Shown: positions 42,128 through 52,465 of the stretch, piece by piece
How positions within the stretch are numbered: position 1 is the stretch's first letter
Layout: every line of letters begins with the position of its first letter
Assembly: GCA_963823665.1 (NCBI GenBank)
Contig: CAWGMQ010000003.1
Span: forward strand, 64,001-128,000
From: an uncultured Planctomycetota bacterium
GTDB lineage: Bacteria > Planctomycetota > Planctomycetia > Isosphaerales > Isosphaeraceae
Length of the DNA stretch: 64,000 nt
Direction: 5' to 3'
Position numbers and translations under genes: made by a program
Notes under the pieces: generated by a model
What the model saw: the letters and a program-made list of their open reading frames with translations, nothing else
The model's database searches: none
Told to the model about the DNA's origin: nothing

Positions 42128-43441
42128 GTGCCGATCGAAGTCACGATGCCGAAGCTCAGCCCCACCATGGAAACCGGCGTGATCGCCCAGTGGCTGAAGA
42201 AGGTCGGCGACACGGTCAAGGAAGGCGACGTGCTGGCCGATATCGAGACCGACAAGGCCACCATGCCGATGAAGTCCTACGATGACGGCACGATCGTCCA
42301 CATCGATCACGCCGCCGGCGAGGAGGTCGCGCTCGGCCAGCGCGTGCTCGTGCTCGCCAAGAAAGGTGAAGACCCCAAGCAAGTCGCCGCCAGCCTCGGT
42401 TCCACCGGAGCAAAAAAAACGCCCGCTCCCGCTGAGAAAAAGAAGGCCGAGACCGAAGCCGCGCCGGCACCATCGGCAGAGAGCAGCCCTGCCGACAACG
42501 GCCAGGAATCTCCGACGGCCGAGCCGGTTCGCGCCGCATCCGGCCGCGTGAAGGCCAGCCCCCTGGCCAGGAAGGTCGCAACGGCCTCCAGCGTCGAGAT
42601 CGGCCAGGTACGCGGTACCGGGCCAGGCGGCAGAATCATCCGCCGCGACGTTGAGCTCTACCTCCAGAAGAAACCCGCCGGCTCCCCCGCCGGCCCCGGC
42701 CGCGCACCCGCGCCCCAGCCGGCCGGCGCACCTCGCTCCTCGCCGCCCCCGATCGCCGCCCAGCGCATTCCCCATTCACGAATGCGCAAGACAATCGCCC
42801 AGCGCATGTCGCAGGCCAAGCAGACGGCTCCCGAGATCCACCTGAGCGCAGATATCGTCGCGGACCGCATCGTCGCCGCCCGGGCCGAGATCAACAAGCA
42901 CCTGGCCGCCGAAGGAATCAAAGTCTCGATCAGCGACTTCGTCACCAAGGCCGTCGCGCTCTCATTGCGATTCAACCCGGGATTGAACGCCAGCTTCGAG
43001 CCCGACGCCATCGTTCGCCACGGCGAGATCAACATCGGCATCGCCGTCGCACTTGAGGACGGCCTGATCGTCCCTGTGCTTCATCATGCTGATACGCTAG
43101 GCCTACGCGAGATCCGCTTGCAGAGCGAAGCGCTCGCCGCTTCCGCCCGCAACAATACGCTCTCCGGCGAACAGCTTTCCGGCGGCACGTTCACGATTTC
43201 GAATCTTGGCATGTTCGGCACGCAGCAATTCGACGCAATCCTGAATCTTCCCCAGGTCGGAATCCTCGCGGTCGGCGCGGCCCTCAAGCGGCCAGTCGTG
43301 ATCGGCGACCGTCTCGAGGTCGGCACCGTGATGACGCTGACACTCACTGCCGACCACCGTGCCGTCGATGGAGCAAAGGCCGCCAGGTTTCTGCAAACCC
43401 TCAAGGGCTTGCTCGAAGAGCCGGCTTCCATGCTGGTGTAA
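42128..43441 (+). CDS. pdhC: Dihydrolipoamide acetyltransferase (E2)
   Basis: MPKLSPTM, ETDKA lipoyl site, ASPLAR, GTGP.GRI, TFTISNLG, DHR.VDG. Confidence 0.95.
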   Translation: MPIEVTMPKLSPTMETGVIAQWLKKVGDTVKEGDVLADIETDKATMPMKSYDDGTIVHIDHAAGEEVALGQRVLVLAKKGEDPKQVAASLGSTGAKKTPAPAEKKKAETEAAPAPSAESSPADNGQESPTAEPVRAASGRVKASPLARKVATASSVEIGQVRGTGPGGRIIRRDVELYLQKKPAGSPAGPGRAPAPQPAGAPRSSPPPIAAQRIPHSRMRKTIAQRMSQAKQTAPEIHLSADIVADRIVAARAEINKHLAAEGIKVSISDFVTKAVALSLRFNPGLNASFEPDAIVRHGEINIGIAVALEDGLIVPVLHHADTLGLREIRLQSEALAASARNNTLSGEQLSGGTFTISNLGMFGTQQFDAILNLPQVGILAVGAALKRPVVIGDRLEVGTVMTLTLTADHRAVDGAKAARFLQTLKGLLEEPASMLV

Positions 43442-43466
43442 TCCAATCATTTCAGGATAAACATCA

Positions 43467-44852
43467 ATGGCTTACGACTACGACATCGTCGTCCTGGGCG
43501 GCGGTCCCGCCGGATATGCCGGCGCCATCCGTGCCGCCCAGCTCAAAAAACGCGTTTTGTGCGTCGAGCGAGACAAGCTCGGCGGCATCTGCTTGAACTG
43601 GGGATGCATTCCCACCAAGGCGCTCCTGACCAACGCCCATCTGGTCGAGTTGATCAAGCACCACGGTGCAAACTTCGGCTATAGCGGCGAGCCAACCTGG
43701 GATTTCGCCCAGATCATCAAGCGCAGCCGCAACGTCGCCGGCCAGTTGAATAAGGGCATCGAAGGCTTGTTTCGAAAATACAAGGTAGGCTCGAAATTCG
43801 GCACGGCGAAGATCATCGCGCCCCACAAGGTTCAGATAGGAAGCGAGACAGTCACGGCCCAGTCGATTGTCATCGCCACAGGGGCACGGCCGCGGCCCCT
43901 CCCCGGCCTCGACTTCGACGGCAAGACCGTGATCACTTACAAGGAGGCGATGTCGCTGCCGAGCAAGCCGGAATCAATGCTCATCCTGGGCGCCGGCCCG
44001 ATCGGGCTCGAGTTCGGCTATTTCTACAATGCGATCGGAACCAAGGTCACCGTCGTCGAGTTGCTCGACCGCGTCCTTCCCGCCGAAGACGAAGACGTGT
44101 CTGCGGCCTTGCACAAGAGCCTCGCGAAGCGCGGCCTCACCATCATGACGAGCTCAAAGACCACCAAGATCGAGAAGACCTCCTCCGGCATCAAAGCCGA
44201 GGTCGAGACGAAAGACGGCAAGAAAACCGTTGAAGCCGCAACCTGTCTGGTCGCCATCGGAGTGCAAGGCAATGTCGAAGGGCTCGTCGCCGACGAGCTC
44301 AAGCTCGAGATCGTCAAGAACCACATCAAGGCCGACCCCAAGAACGGTTATGTCACCAGCGTGCCCGATTTCTACGCCGTCGGCGATGTCATCGGCCCTC
44401 CCTGGCTGGCCCACGTTGCCACACACGAAGCCATCTGCTGCATCGAGCGCCTCTGCGGCTTCGCCGACCATACGATCGACTACTCGAATATCCCGGGCTG
44501 CACGTACACGGACCCCGGGGTCGCGAGCGTGGGCCTGACGGAGCGCGCCGCCAAGGAAGCTGGCCACGAGGTGCGCATTGGCAAGTTCCCCTTCCAGTTC
44601 AGCGGCCGCGCGATCGCATCAGACGAAACCGAGGGGTTTGTGAAACTCGTCTTTGACACTAAGTTCGGCGAGCTTCTGGGAGCCCACCTGATCGGCTCGC
44701 AGGCCACCGAATTGATCGCCGAGCTGGTCATGGCCAAGAAGCTCGAGGCGACAGAAGAAGAAATCATCCAGGCCATGCACCCTCACCCCACCTACTCCGA
44801 AGCCATCATGGAAGCCGCCGGCCAGGGATTGGGGCAGTCCGTTCATATCTAG
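43467..44852 (+). CDS. lpdA: Dihydrolipoyl dehydrogenase (E3)
   Basis: GGGPAG, GGICLNWGCIPTK, IATG, HPHPTYSE. Confidence 0.97.
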   Translation: MAYDYDIVVLGGGPAGYAGAIRAAQLKKRVLCVERDKLGGICLNWGCIPTKALLTNAHLVELIKHHGANFGYSGEPTWDFAQIIKRSRNVAGQLNKGIEGLFRKYKVGSKFGTAKIIAPHKVQIGSETVTAQSIVIATGARPRPLPGLDFDGKTVITYKEAMSLPSKPESMLILGAGPIGLEFGYFYNAIGTKVTVVELLDRVLPAEDEDVSAALHKSLAKRGLTIMTSSKTTKIEKTSSGIKAEVETKDGKKTVEAATCLVAIGVQGNVEGLVADELKLEIVKNHIKADPKNGYVTSVPDFYAVGDVIGPPWLAHVATHEAICCIERLCGFADHTIDYSNIPGCTYTDPGVASVGLTERAAKEAGHEVRIGKFPFQFSGRAIASDETEGFVKLVFDTKFGELLGAHLIGSQATELIAELVMAKKLEATEEEIIQAMHPHPTYSEAIMEAAGQGLGQSVHI

Positions 44853-44885
44853 ATCATTGATCGTTGTGCAACAACGATCAATGAT
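44853..44885. terminator. Perfect 15-bp inverted repeat abutting the lpdA stop codon (possible bidirectional terminator or REP-like element)
   Basis: ATCATTGATCGTTGT-gca-ACAACGATCAATGAT between convergent genes. Confidence 0.6.
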
Positions 44886-45007
44886 TGGTTGCCGCGGTCT
44901 GGTCGGGCACTCGCTCGGGCGCGGCGACGACGGGGCCCAGAGTCGCCTTTCGCTCCGGGAAAGTGCGTGTCGTTGCTCCGACGCTCGGCATTGGAACATC
45001 CGCCCGC

Positions 45008-46555
45008 TTACGGCCTGAGCTGGTGCCTCTCCTCAAGGGCCGGCAGCCGATAGATCAGATCGCCCGAAGGCTTGATATCGCGGTCGCAATCGACGCGCCC
45101 GCCCTGGTCGATGCCGTCCCGCCCGATTGAATACACGACCGGTTGTCCATCGATCACAGTGAGCTTCATCGGTTGGCCGTCATAGGGATCAAGCGGCACG
45201 GTTTTGAGCCCAACCCCTTTCACAACCGACGCCAGGTCCTTGGGTAATCCGCGATGGGAGATTTGCCATCGCTTCAAGGCGACCAGGCACTCCATTGCGC
45301 GAAGACTGGCCAAAGTGCGGGCGGCCGCTCGAGCAACAGCTTCGATTCCTTCGGGTTGCTCCAAGCCACGGACCACGAGAGAGAGGGGGTCGGTGCCCGA
45401 AGCCGCCGTGAGACCGGTGACTTTCTCGATTCGGCGCGAAAACGGCAGCGTGCTCATGTCCAGAAGATTTCGGTAGAATTGAGTCATCTCCTTGGTGTGG
45501 CGCGATACCTCGGCGGGCGTCGCACGCGCAACGATTTGATCCCAATCACCCCCCGGCTGACCGGATTTTGGATCATCGCCCGGTGCGTGCGACATCGCGC
45601 CGCCGGTAATTACAGCGCGCACCACCGACTCACCCCTCTTGAGCCCGAACGATGTGGCGAGTTTGCTCTGATCGTGGACGACGCTCTCGAGAGTCGAGCG
45701 CGCTACAAGGTACGCCGCCCGCAGCCCCTCGGCATACCCGTCGACGGATTTCGCGTCATGTGTTTCAAGCACCTTCATCAGTCGCTCGCACTGCTCGGCT
45801 CGCAACCGCGGCGAAGCCAGGACGGTCGGAACCGCGACCGAGCAGATATACTGCGAGCACGCGTCCGCCACAAGCTGAGTGATCACGATGCCCCGAGGCC
45901 TCAGATCTTTGGCCAGCCTGAGCACCAGCTCGATCTCGTAGATCGCCGCGGCGATATCGCCGCGCTGTACGGCGCGTTGCACCTTCAGTATCGAAATGCG
46001 ACAAACCTCGCGGGCCACTTGAGCGTGGGGAAGAAGCGTCGCGATGTCGAAGCCAGTCTCGAAGACGCACTGGTTCAGGCGCTGGGCTCCGGCGAGCTTC
46101 CTGTAGCCTACGTCGTGGAGTTTGATGAGGGCATCGACGGCGGAAGCGTCCAGCTCGAGCTTCGAATCGGCGCCGACGGTCTGGACCAGATCGGCGTACT
46201 GCTTCGCGCGATCGCGCGCCGCCTGGGTTCGCCGATCCCGCTCCGGGCCCGCCGGGAAACACACTTCCACATCAGCCGCGAACTCGAAGAGCGCGTCGAG
46301 ATAAAGCGGCGCGGCATTCTTTTCCCGCGGCACGGCTTTGAAGAACGCATTGACGTCGAACGGAGCATCCGCGCCAACCCCCGCCGGAGCCTTGGTCACC
46401 GCGCCGGGCACTCGCGGATAGGTGCCTCGCGTCGAGGTTCGCACCGAGACTTCCTGGCCGATCGCAGCTATCGCGACCAGAAATAAAACGGCCGTCCGAA
46501 CAGCGCCGAGCGCGATCTTGCTCGCCGCGCGGTGCTCGGTCTTCGTCGAGTGCAT
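45008..46555 (-). CDS. Exported hypothetical protein with a GspG-like C-terminal motif
   Basis: Signal peptide; NAAPLY..A; C-terminal LP..L....P.DPY.G.P....YSIGRDG.D.GG; GGAGG RBS. Confidence 0.65.
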   Translation of the reverse strand: MHSTKTEHRAASKIALGAVRTAVLFLVAIAAIGQEVSVRTSTRGTYPRVPGAVTKAPAGVGADAPFDVNAFFKAVPREKNAAPLYLDALFEFAADVEVCFPAGPERDRRTQAARDRAKQYADLVQTVGADSKLELDASAVDALIKLHDVGYRKLAGAQRLNQCVFETGFDIATLLPHAQVAREVCRISILKVQRAVQRGDIAAAIYEIELVLRLAKDLRPRGIVITQLVADACSQYICSVAVPTVLASPRLRAEQCERLMKVLETHDAKSVDGYAEGLRAAYLVARSTLESVVHDQSKLATSFGLKRGESVVRAVITGGAMSHAPGDDPKSGQPGGDWDQIVARATPAEVSRHTKEMTQFYRNLLDMSTLPFSRRIEKVTGLTAASGTDPLSLVVRGLEQPEGIEAVARAAARTLASLRAMECLVALKRWQISHRGLPKDLASVVKGVGLKTVPLDPYDGQPMKLTVIDGQPVVYSIGRDGIDQGGRVDCDRDIKPSGDLIYRLPALEERHQLRP

Positions 46556-46681
46556 GCCATAGCCTCCAAGGTGCATTCTGTGCTTGGTCGGGTGGCATTC
46601 TACACGAACTGGCCCACTACCGCGCCGATTTGCTATCCTTGAGGTCAATCAATACTCGATGACTTGACGTGGGGAGTGGGC

Positions 46682-47122
46682 ATGTCAGCCGAACTAATCC
46701 ATGACCGCGGCCGTGGCCCGGAGATCGTGGGAACGCGGATTACCGTCTATAACTTGCTTCCCGACTTTCTGGACGCCGCCAAGACCGAAGCGGAAATCTG
46801 CGAGTTCTACGAGCTGCGGCCCGAGCAGGTTGCGGCCGCGAGAGCTTACGTGCTCAATAACGCCGAAACCGTACTGGCCAAACATCTCGAGTTCGAAGCA
46901 AGGCTCGCGGGCGGAAATCCTCCGGAATTGACCGAGAAATTACGTGAAACACACTCCACACTCCTGAAGTTCAAAGAATGGCTCGTGAGCCGTGAAAAGG
47001 CGGACGCCGAAAATGAAACGACCGGCCAGATAGCGGAAGGAAACGCGAATGGCTCGCCTCCGTTTCTGAAATTCAAATCATGGCTCGCGGAACAGGCCTC
47101 GGCACCGAGGGCCGGGTCGTGA
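46682..47122 (+). CDS. DUF433 domain protein (antitoxin-like)
   Basis: GPEIVGTRITVY.LL...EI...Y.L...QV.AA..Y. Confidence 0.8.
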   Translation: MSAELIHDRGRGPEIVGTRITVYNLLPDFLDAAKTEAEICEFYELRPEQVAAARAYVLNNAETVLAKHLEFEARLAGGNPPELTEKLRETHSTLLKFKEWLVSREKADAENETTGQIAEGNANGSPPFLKFKSWLAEQASAPRAGS

Positions 47123-47238
47123 AAATGCAGGGTCTGGTGGGCGATCGCAATGTGGCGTACACGATCGCCGACGTGCGGTTCGGCATCGCCGGCGACCACG
47201 AGTACTGCGATCGCCCAAGAATCTTCGTCCCCGATTAG
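47119..47238 (+). pseudogene. Internally deleted remnant of the DUF433 partner (probably DUF5615/PIN-like)
   Basis: 39-codon ORF coupled by a GTGA overlap: MKMQGLVGDRNV...HEYCDRPRIFVPD*. Confidence 0.5.
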
Positions 47239-47276
47239 GCGAAGGTGGTCCGATCCGCGGTCCACGAGCGTCCGAA

Positions 47277-48332
47277 TCAAACTGCCGCTACTTGAGCCCC
47301 CTCCCGCACCTTGATTTCCAGCTTCTGAAGCGTCCCTTCAAACCGCTTCCATGGCACGCTCTTGGAAGGCAGTGGAGCGCACTTCGTGTCGAGCCCCAGG
47401 TCCAGCAAGTACATCGTCTCTTCAAAGTTCGCACGCCGGCCCGCCGCACGGCGGCCCGCGATCGCGGCCTCCTGGCGCTCAAATTCCACTGCCGTGTTCA
47501 TCAGAGTGAGTATCCGCTCGCCGTGACTGGCGTGTTCGACTTCGATCGCTGCGCACTCGTCCCAGTCGCGGAACCGCAACAGGTCGTCGCGCCGGATGAG
47601 GAGCACCGTCGACAGGAAGTGGCCGCCGAGGTAAAGCGCCCCGCGCTCGTACACCGGTGCCATCACCCATACGTCGTGCCGGAACCCGCGCTCCCTCAAC
47701 TGCCCGCAAACCCAGATCGCAAGCTCTTGAAGGAGATAGGAACCCATCTTTCCATCCATCGAGACCAGCGGGCGAGCCGCCGTCGTCGCACCCGTGCGGG
47801 TCTGAAACTCGTCGCGGGCCGCCTGATTCGGAAACACCGTCTCGATCGGATCGCGCCCGCACGACCGGATGCGCATCACCTGCGTTCCATCATCGCGGCG
47901 GTCGAGCAAGATCTTCTCGATCGTGACCACATCCTCCGACACCCCGCCCTCCGCGATCTTCTTCTGGCGATACCTGCGCCACATGGCCCAGAGCCGCCCT
48001 GCCACCACACCCAGAATAAAGAACGCCCCCGTCGCGACCACCCGGAGAATCTCCACGCGCAACGGAGAGTTCCAGAAACCCTCGAGCCGCAACAGAGAGC
48101 CCCAAAAGTCGGACACAGTCGTTGTCCTTCCGTCTAAAAAGGTCGTCAACCCACCCCGGCGAGCACCTTCCGCGAAGCCAGTTCGTTTTCCATTGGAAGC
48201 CCCATCGACCCGAGACATCTCGTCGGGATGATCGCAACCACGTTCGTCGAATCTCGCTCCCAAGCACGTCCTGATGGACCGCGCACGTGTATTCGTCCAT
48301 GCGCGGGCAATCTTTGATCGGAATCGCGCCAA
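47277..48332 (-). CDS. Hypothetical protein with an N-terminal TM helix
   Basis: Long ORF with a TM (VVATGAFFILGVVAG); real start probably the GTG near 48116. Confidence 0.65.
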   Translation of the reverse strand: MARFRSKIARAWTNTRARSIRTCLGARFDERGCDHPDEMSRVDGASNGKRTGFAEGARRGGLTTFLDGRTTTVSDFWGSLLRLEGFWNSPLRVEILRVVATGAFFILGVVAGRLWAMWRRYRQKKIAEGGVSEDVVTIEKILLDRRDDGTQVMRIRSCGRDPIETVFPNQAARDEFQTRTGATTAARPLVSMDGKMGSYLLQELAIWVCGQLRERGFRHDVWVMAPVYERGALYLGGHFLSTVLLIRRDDLLRFRDWDECAAIEVEHASHGERILTLMNTAVEFERQEAAIAGRRAAGRRANFEETMYLLDLGLDTKCAPLPSKSVPWKRFEGTLQKLEIKVREGAQVAAV

Positions 48333-48608
48333 TGATACTGGTTTTGCGTTCAGTTCGATTCGCGGTCACGCTGACGGGCCCGTCCGGGAAATGGACCTCG
48401 CCGACGTCGCCGCTCTGTCTCAAGCGCCCGAAAGCCACAAGACGCGTGCCATGGCTGCTTGACGGCGCTTCCTCTCTAGTCTTAAATTCTAAGGGGCGAT
48501 GTATGGTTGCCTATTCCGGTGGAATTCACGGACTTCATTTCCGTTCCGGCATGTGGCTCTAGCGCGGAAGTAATTTGGGCGAAAGCGGTTGTGGTGGAGG
48601 ACCCGAAG

Positions 48609-51369
48609 ATGCCTGGGCGTTCTCTCGCTCTCAAATGGATCGTTCCGGTTGGCCTGGCCTTGATGCTTTGCGCCACGAGCGCATGGGCACAGCCCGGCGA
48701 AGATCCAAGAACGGCCCCACGATTCCTGAAAGAGCTGAGAGACCAGGGCCTCGACGACATGGCGCTCGATTACATCAAGGTCCTCAAAGCCGACACGGGG
48801 CTCCCGGCCGAGTTCAAGGACATCCTCGATTACGAGGAAGGCGCGCACCCTGATCGATGAGGCCGCCAGGTCGAACGACCTGGTGCTGCGCGAAGAGCTT
48901 CTTCGAGACGCGTCCGATAAGCTCGACGGCTTCGCGAAAGCACACCCGAAGCTCCCGCAGGCGCGCGAAGCCCAGGTGCACATGGGCAAGCTGCTCTTGC
49001 AGCGCGGCCACACAGCGATGCTTCTGAGCGAAGACGCCCAGGATGCGGCCAAGAAAGCGGCCAAGGTCGCCGAGGCTCGGGCGGCTTTCAATCAGGCACG
49101 CGAGGCTTACGGCAAGGCAATCGAGCCGCTCAAGGCCGAGCACAAGAAGTTCGCCCATTTCCTTGAGAAAGACGACCCCAAGATCGCCGAGCGCGACGCC
49201 ATCTACACGACGCTGCTGGACGCGATGCTCCAGCAAGGCGTCGCCGACTACGAGCTGGCCGAGACTTACCCGGAGAAGTCGCCCGAGCGGACGAAGTCAC
49301 TCAAGGACGCGTTGGCCCAGTTCGACGACATGTACAAGAACTATCGCGCCCAGTGGGCTGGCCTCGCCGCCCGCATGTGGCAGGCCAAGTGCTTCGAGGA
49401 ACAAGGCGAGATCGGTGCCGCAGTCGCGATCTACAAAGAGCTCATGGGCCACACCGAACCCGCGCTGCGCGGCCTTCAGCTTCACGTCGGCTACTTTTAC
49501 ATTGTCGCGCTGGGGAAGCGCAAGCAGTATGCCCTGGCGGCCGACGAAGCCGCTCGCTGGCTTTCCTTCTACAATCGCCGCGGTGAGCACACGTCCGCCG
49601 CCGGCGTTGGCGTCTTGACCGAGTACGCGAAGAACCTCGACGCCCAGATGCCCGAGATCACCCCCAATGAGCAGCCCAGGGCAAAGAAACTCATTATCGA
49701 CTCGGCCAGCCAGGTGGTTCGCTTCGCGTCTCCGTACAAGAAAGACGCGCTCGATCTCCTCAAGAAGTACAAGCCCAGCGCCGCGCTCAAGGCCGAGGAT
49801 ATTCTCCGGATCACCTATGAAGACGCAGTCGAGAAGGCCAATGAAGCCATCGGTGCACAAGACTGGCCCAAGGCGATCACTTTGCTCAAGGCGGCCATCC
49901 GCAAAGCCGACCCGGCCCGCAATGTCGAGAAGGCAAACCTCGCCCGCCACACGCTCGCATTTTGTTATTACAAGAATAACCAGTTCTACGAAGCCGACGT
50001 CCTCGCCGAGCACCTCGCCAGGCGCTACCCGGGAGGCGGAGTCTCCCCCCAGTCAACCGAAATCGCCATGCAGTCGCTCGCCGATGCCTATAGCACCTAC
50101 ACTGAGGTCGATCGCATGAGCGATTTGAACCACCTGATCGACCTGGCAACCTATACGGTCGAGACGTGGCCCGAGAAGGAACAGGCCAACGCCGCCCGGA
50201 TGAACTTGAGCATGATCTATTTCGGAATGGGGCGCTATGACGAGGCGATCAAGGCATTGACCGACGTGCGCACTCGCTCGCAGCAATGGATCCCCGCGCA
50301 AAACCGGTTGGGCATGGTGCACTGGCGCAAGAGCCGCGTCGCCGAGAGCAAGGGTGATGCCGCCGGCTCTCAGGCCGAGGCCCAGAAGGCGATCGACACT
50401 TTGAACACCGCCCTCAAGGCGCGCCGGGATGCCGGCACCGGTGTCACCGATCCCGGCTTGATCGGAAACGTCGCCGACCTGGCCACCGTATTCAGCGAAA
50501 CCGGCAAGCCCGCGGAGGCACTTGCCCTGCTCGACCCGGTCATCAAGGCCCAGACCGTCAAGACCGGGCCCGGCTTCTCCCTCCTGATGGAAGCCCAGCT
50601 CAAAGCGTTTATCATCACCGGCAACGTCGACGCCGCGATCAAGTCCATGCAGGACCTCGAGCAGGCCGGCGGAGCAGCCGGACGAGCCCAGCTCTACTTC
50701 AAGCTCGGCAAACTGATCGAGAGAGAGCTTGAAAACGTGCGCGCCAAGAAGAATACCAAGGCACTTGCCGACTTGAGCCGCTCCTACAAGACATTCCTGA
50801 CCACCGTCGCCGACTCCAAGACCGGCCAGACCTACGAATCACTGGATTGGGCCGGTTCCAGCCTGCTGGCGCTCGAGGCCAACCAGGACGCCGAGAAGGT
50901 CTTCCGCCGCATGCTGAGCGACTACACGCAAGATGCTCAGTTCCTTGCGCAACCCAGCAGCACGGGCCGGTTGGTCCTCGTCCGGATCAAGCTGGCCTCC
51001 GCCTTGAGGGGTCAGAAGAAATTCGACGAGGCCAACTCGCTGCTCGATGAAGTACTCACCCACAAACCCCCTTATCGCGAGGCGTTGCTCGAGAAGGGAA
51101 TGCTCCTCGAGGCCGAAGCCGAGGCGGGCCAGGGAAGCTGGGCGCGCGCGATCAACCACTGGGAAGACCTCACCAGGATCATGGAGCGGTCCCGCCCGCG
51201 GCCCGCGGCCTACTACGACGCCTGGTACCACGTGGCATGGGGGTTTTCCAAGCAGAACAACACCGCCAAGGCCCGCCAGGCCTTGATGGGCGTGATGCGG
51301 CTCTCCCCCGGTGTCGGCGGCCCCGAAATGAAAGCCAAGTACCAGGGCCTGCTCGCACGGCTCAAATGA
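48609..51369 (+). CDS. Exported TPR-like helical repeat protein; frameshift ~48845
   Basis: Signal peptide with GGAGG RBS; FLKELRDQGL.DMALDY; alpha-helical TPR-like pattern throughout. Confidence 0.8.
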
Positions 51370-51388
51370 TTCAGGAAGGGAACAAGAT

Positions 51389-52465
51389 ATGCCAACGCGA
51401 TTTCATGCTTGCGGCTCTCAGAGGCTTTTGCGATTCGGCGTCGCGGTCCTTGTGATCCTCGCCGGAGGCAATGCCTTCTCCGATGATGTGAATCTGGTTA
51501 CAGGTGCGAAATTCGAACAGGCGATCGGCGGGCGCGTTCGCGGCCAGGTGCAGTCCGAGTCGGCAAGCGAAGTTGCCGTGCAACTGGGCGGCAACACGAT
51601 CAAGGTGCCCACCGAATTGATCCAGTCGATCCGCTACGACGGCCAGTCGGCATCGTTCGCGCTGGGCGAGGCCCGCGAATCGTCAGGCCAGCTCGCCGAG
51701 GCAGCCGACTTCTTCAAGAAGGCTGCTGCCGAATCGGCCAGCAAGCCGTACCCGCAGCAGGCAGCCCTGTTTCGCGAAGCCGAGGTCTTGACGGATCTCG
51801 CCGCCGTCGAGCCCAACCGCATCAAGGACGCCAAGGACGCCCTCAACAAGTTTGTCAGGCAGTATCCCAGCAGCCGCCACACTCTCAGTGCACGCGCCTG
51901 CCTGGCGCGGATTCAGTTGGCCTCCGGCGATTTCCCGGCCGCCGAGTCCGCCATCGCCGAGCTCGCCAGGCTTCCCAAGGGGGCAGAGCGTGCAGCCGTT
52001 CTCCGCACCAAGCTCCTCGCCAAGCAGAACAAGCACCAGGAAGCAATCGACGAGCTCGACAAGTTGATCGCATCGTCCCCCAAAGGCTCGGAGCGTCTGC
52101 GGGCCGCCCAGCTCGCCAAGGCCGAGAGCCTGGCTGGTCTGAAGGATTTCGCCAAGGCCGAGACCCTGCTGCGCGAGGTCATCAAGTCGACTCCGCCCGA
52201 AGACGCCGCCGGCCAGGCTCCTGCGTACAACACCCTGGGAGACTGCCTCCGCGCCGCCAATCGCCCCAAAGACGCCCTTCTCGCTTATCTCCACACCGAC
52301 CTGCTCTACAGCAAAGACAAGGAAGAGCACCCGCGAGCGCTACACCAGATCTCGGCGCTCTTCCGCAAGCTCAAGCTGGACGCCCGCGCCGACGATTTCG
52401 CCCAGCGCTTGAAAAGCGAATACCCACACAGCCGGTGGACGACCGCCAAGTCTGACGAAGGGTGA
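51389..52465 (+). CDS. Exported TPR protein (YbgF/BamD-like helical repeats)
   Basis: Signal peptide; FVRQYPSSRH, AYNTLGDC, ALLAYLHTDLLY, LKSEYP.S.W. Confidence 0.8.
   Translation: MPTRFHACGSQRLLRFGVAVLVILAGGNAFSDDVNLVTGAKFEQAIGGRVRGQVQSESASEVAVQLGGNTIKVPTELIQSIRYDGQSASFALGEARESSGQLAEAADFFKKAAAESASKPYPQQAALFREAEVLTDLAAVEPNRIKDAKDALNKFVRQYPSSRHTLSARACLARIQLASGDFPAAESAIAELARLPKGAERAAVLRTKLLAKQNKHQEAIDELDKLIASSPKGSERLRAAQLAKAESLAGLKDFAKAETLLREVIKSTPPEDAAGQAPAYNTLGDCLRAANRPKDALLAYLHTDLLYSKDKEEHPRALHQISALFRKLKLDARADDFAQRLKSEYPHSRWTTAKSDEG

Noticed and set aside
40093..42285. 730-aa ORF suggesting a PdhA-PdhB fusion
   Set aside because: A frameshift at ~41050 bypasses the pdhA stop (41107); pdhB has its own ATG at 41110.
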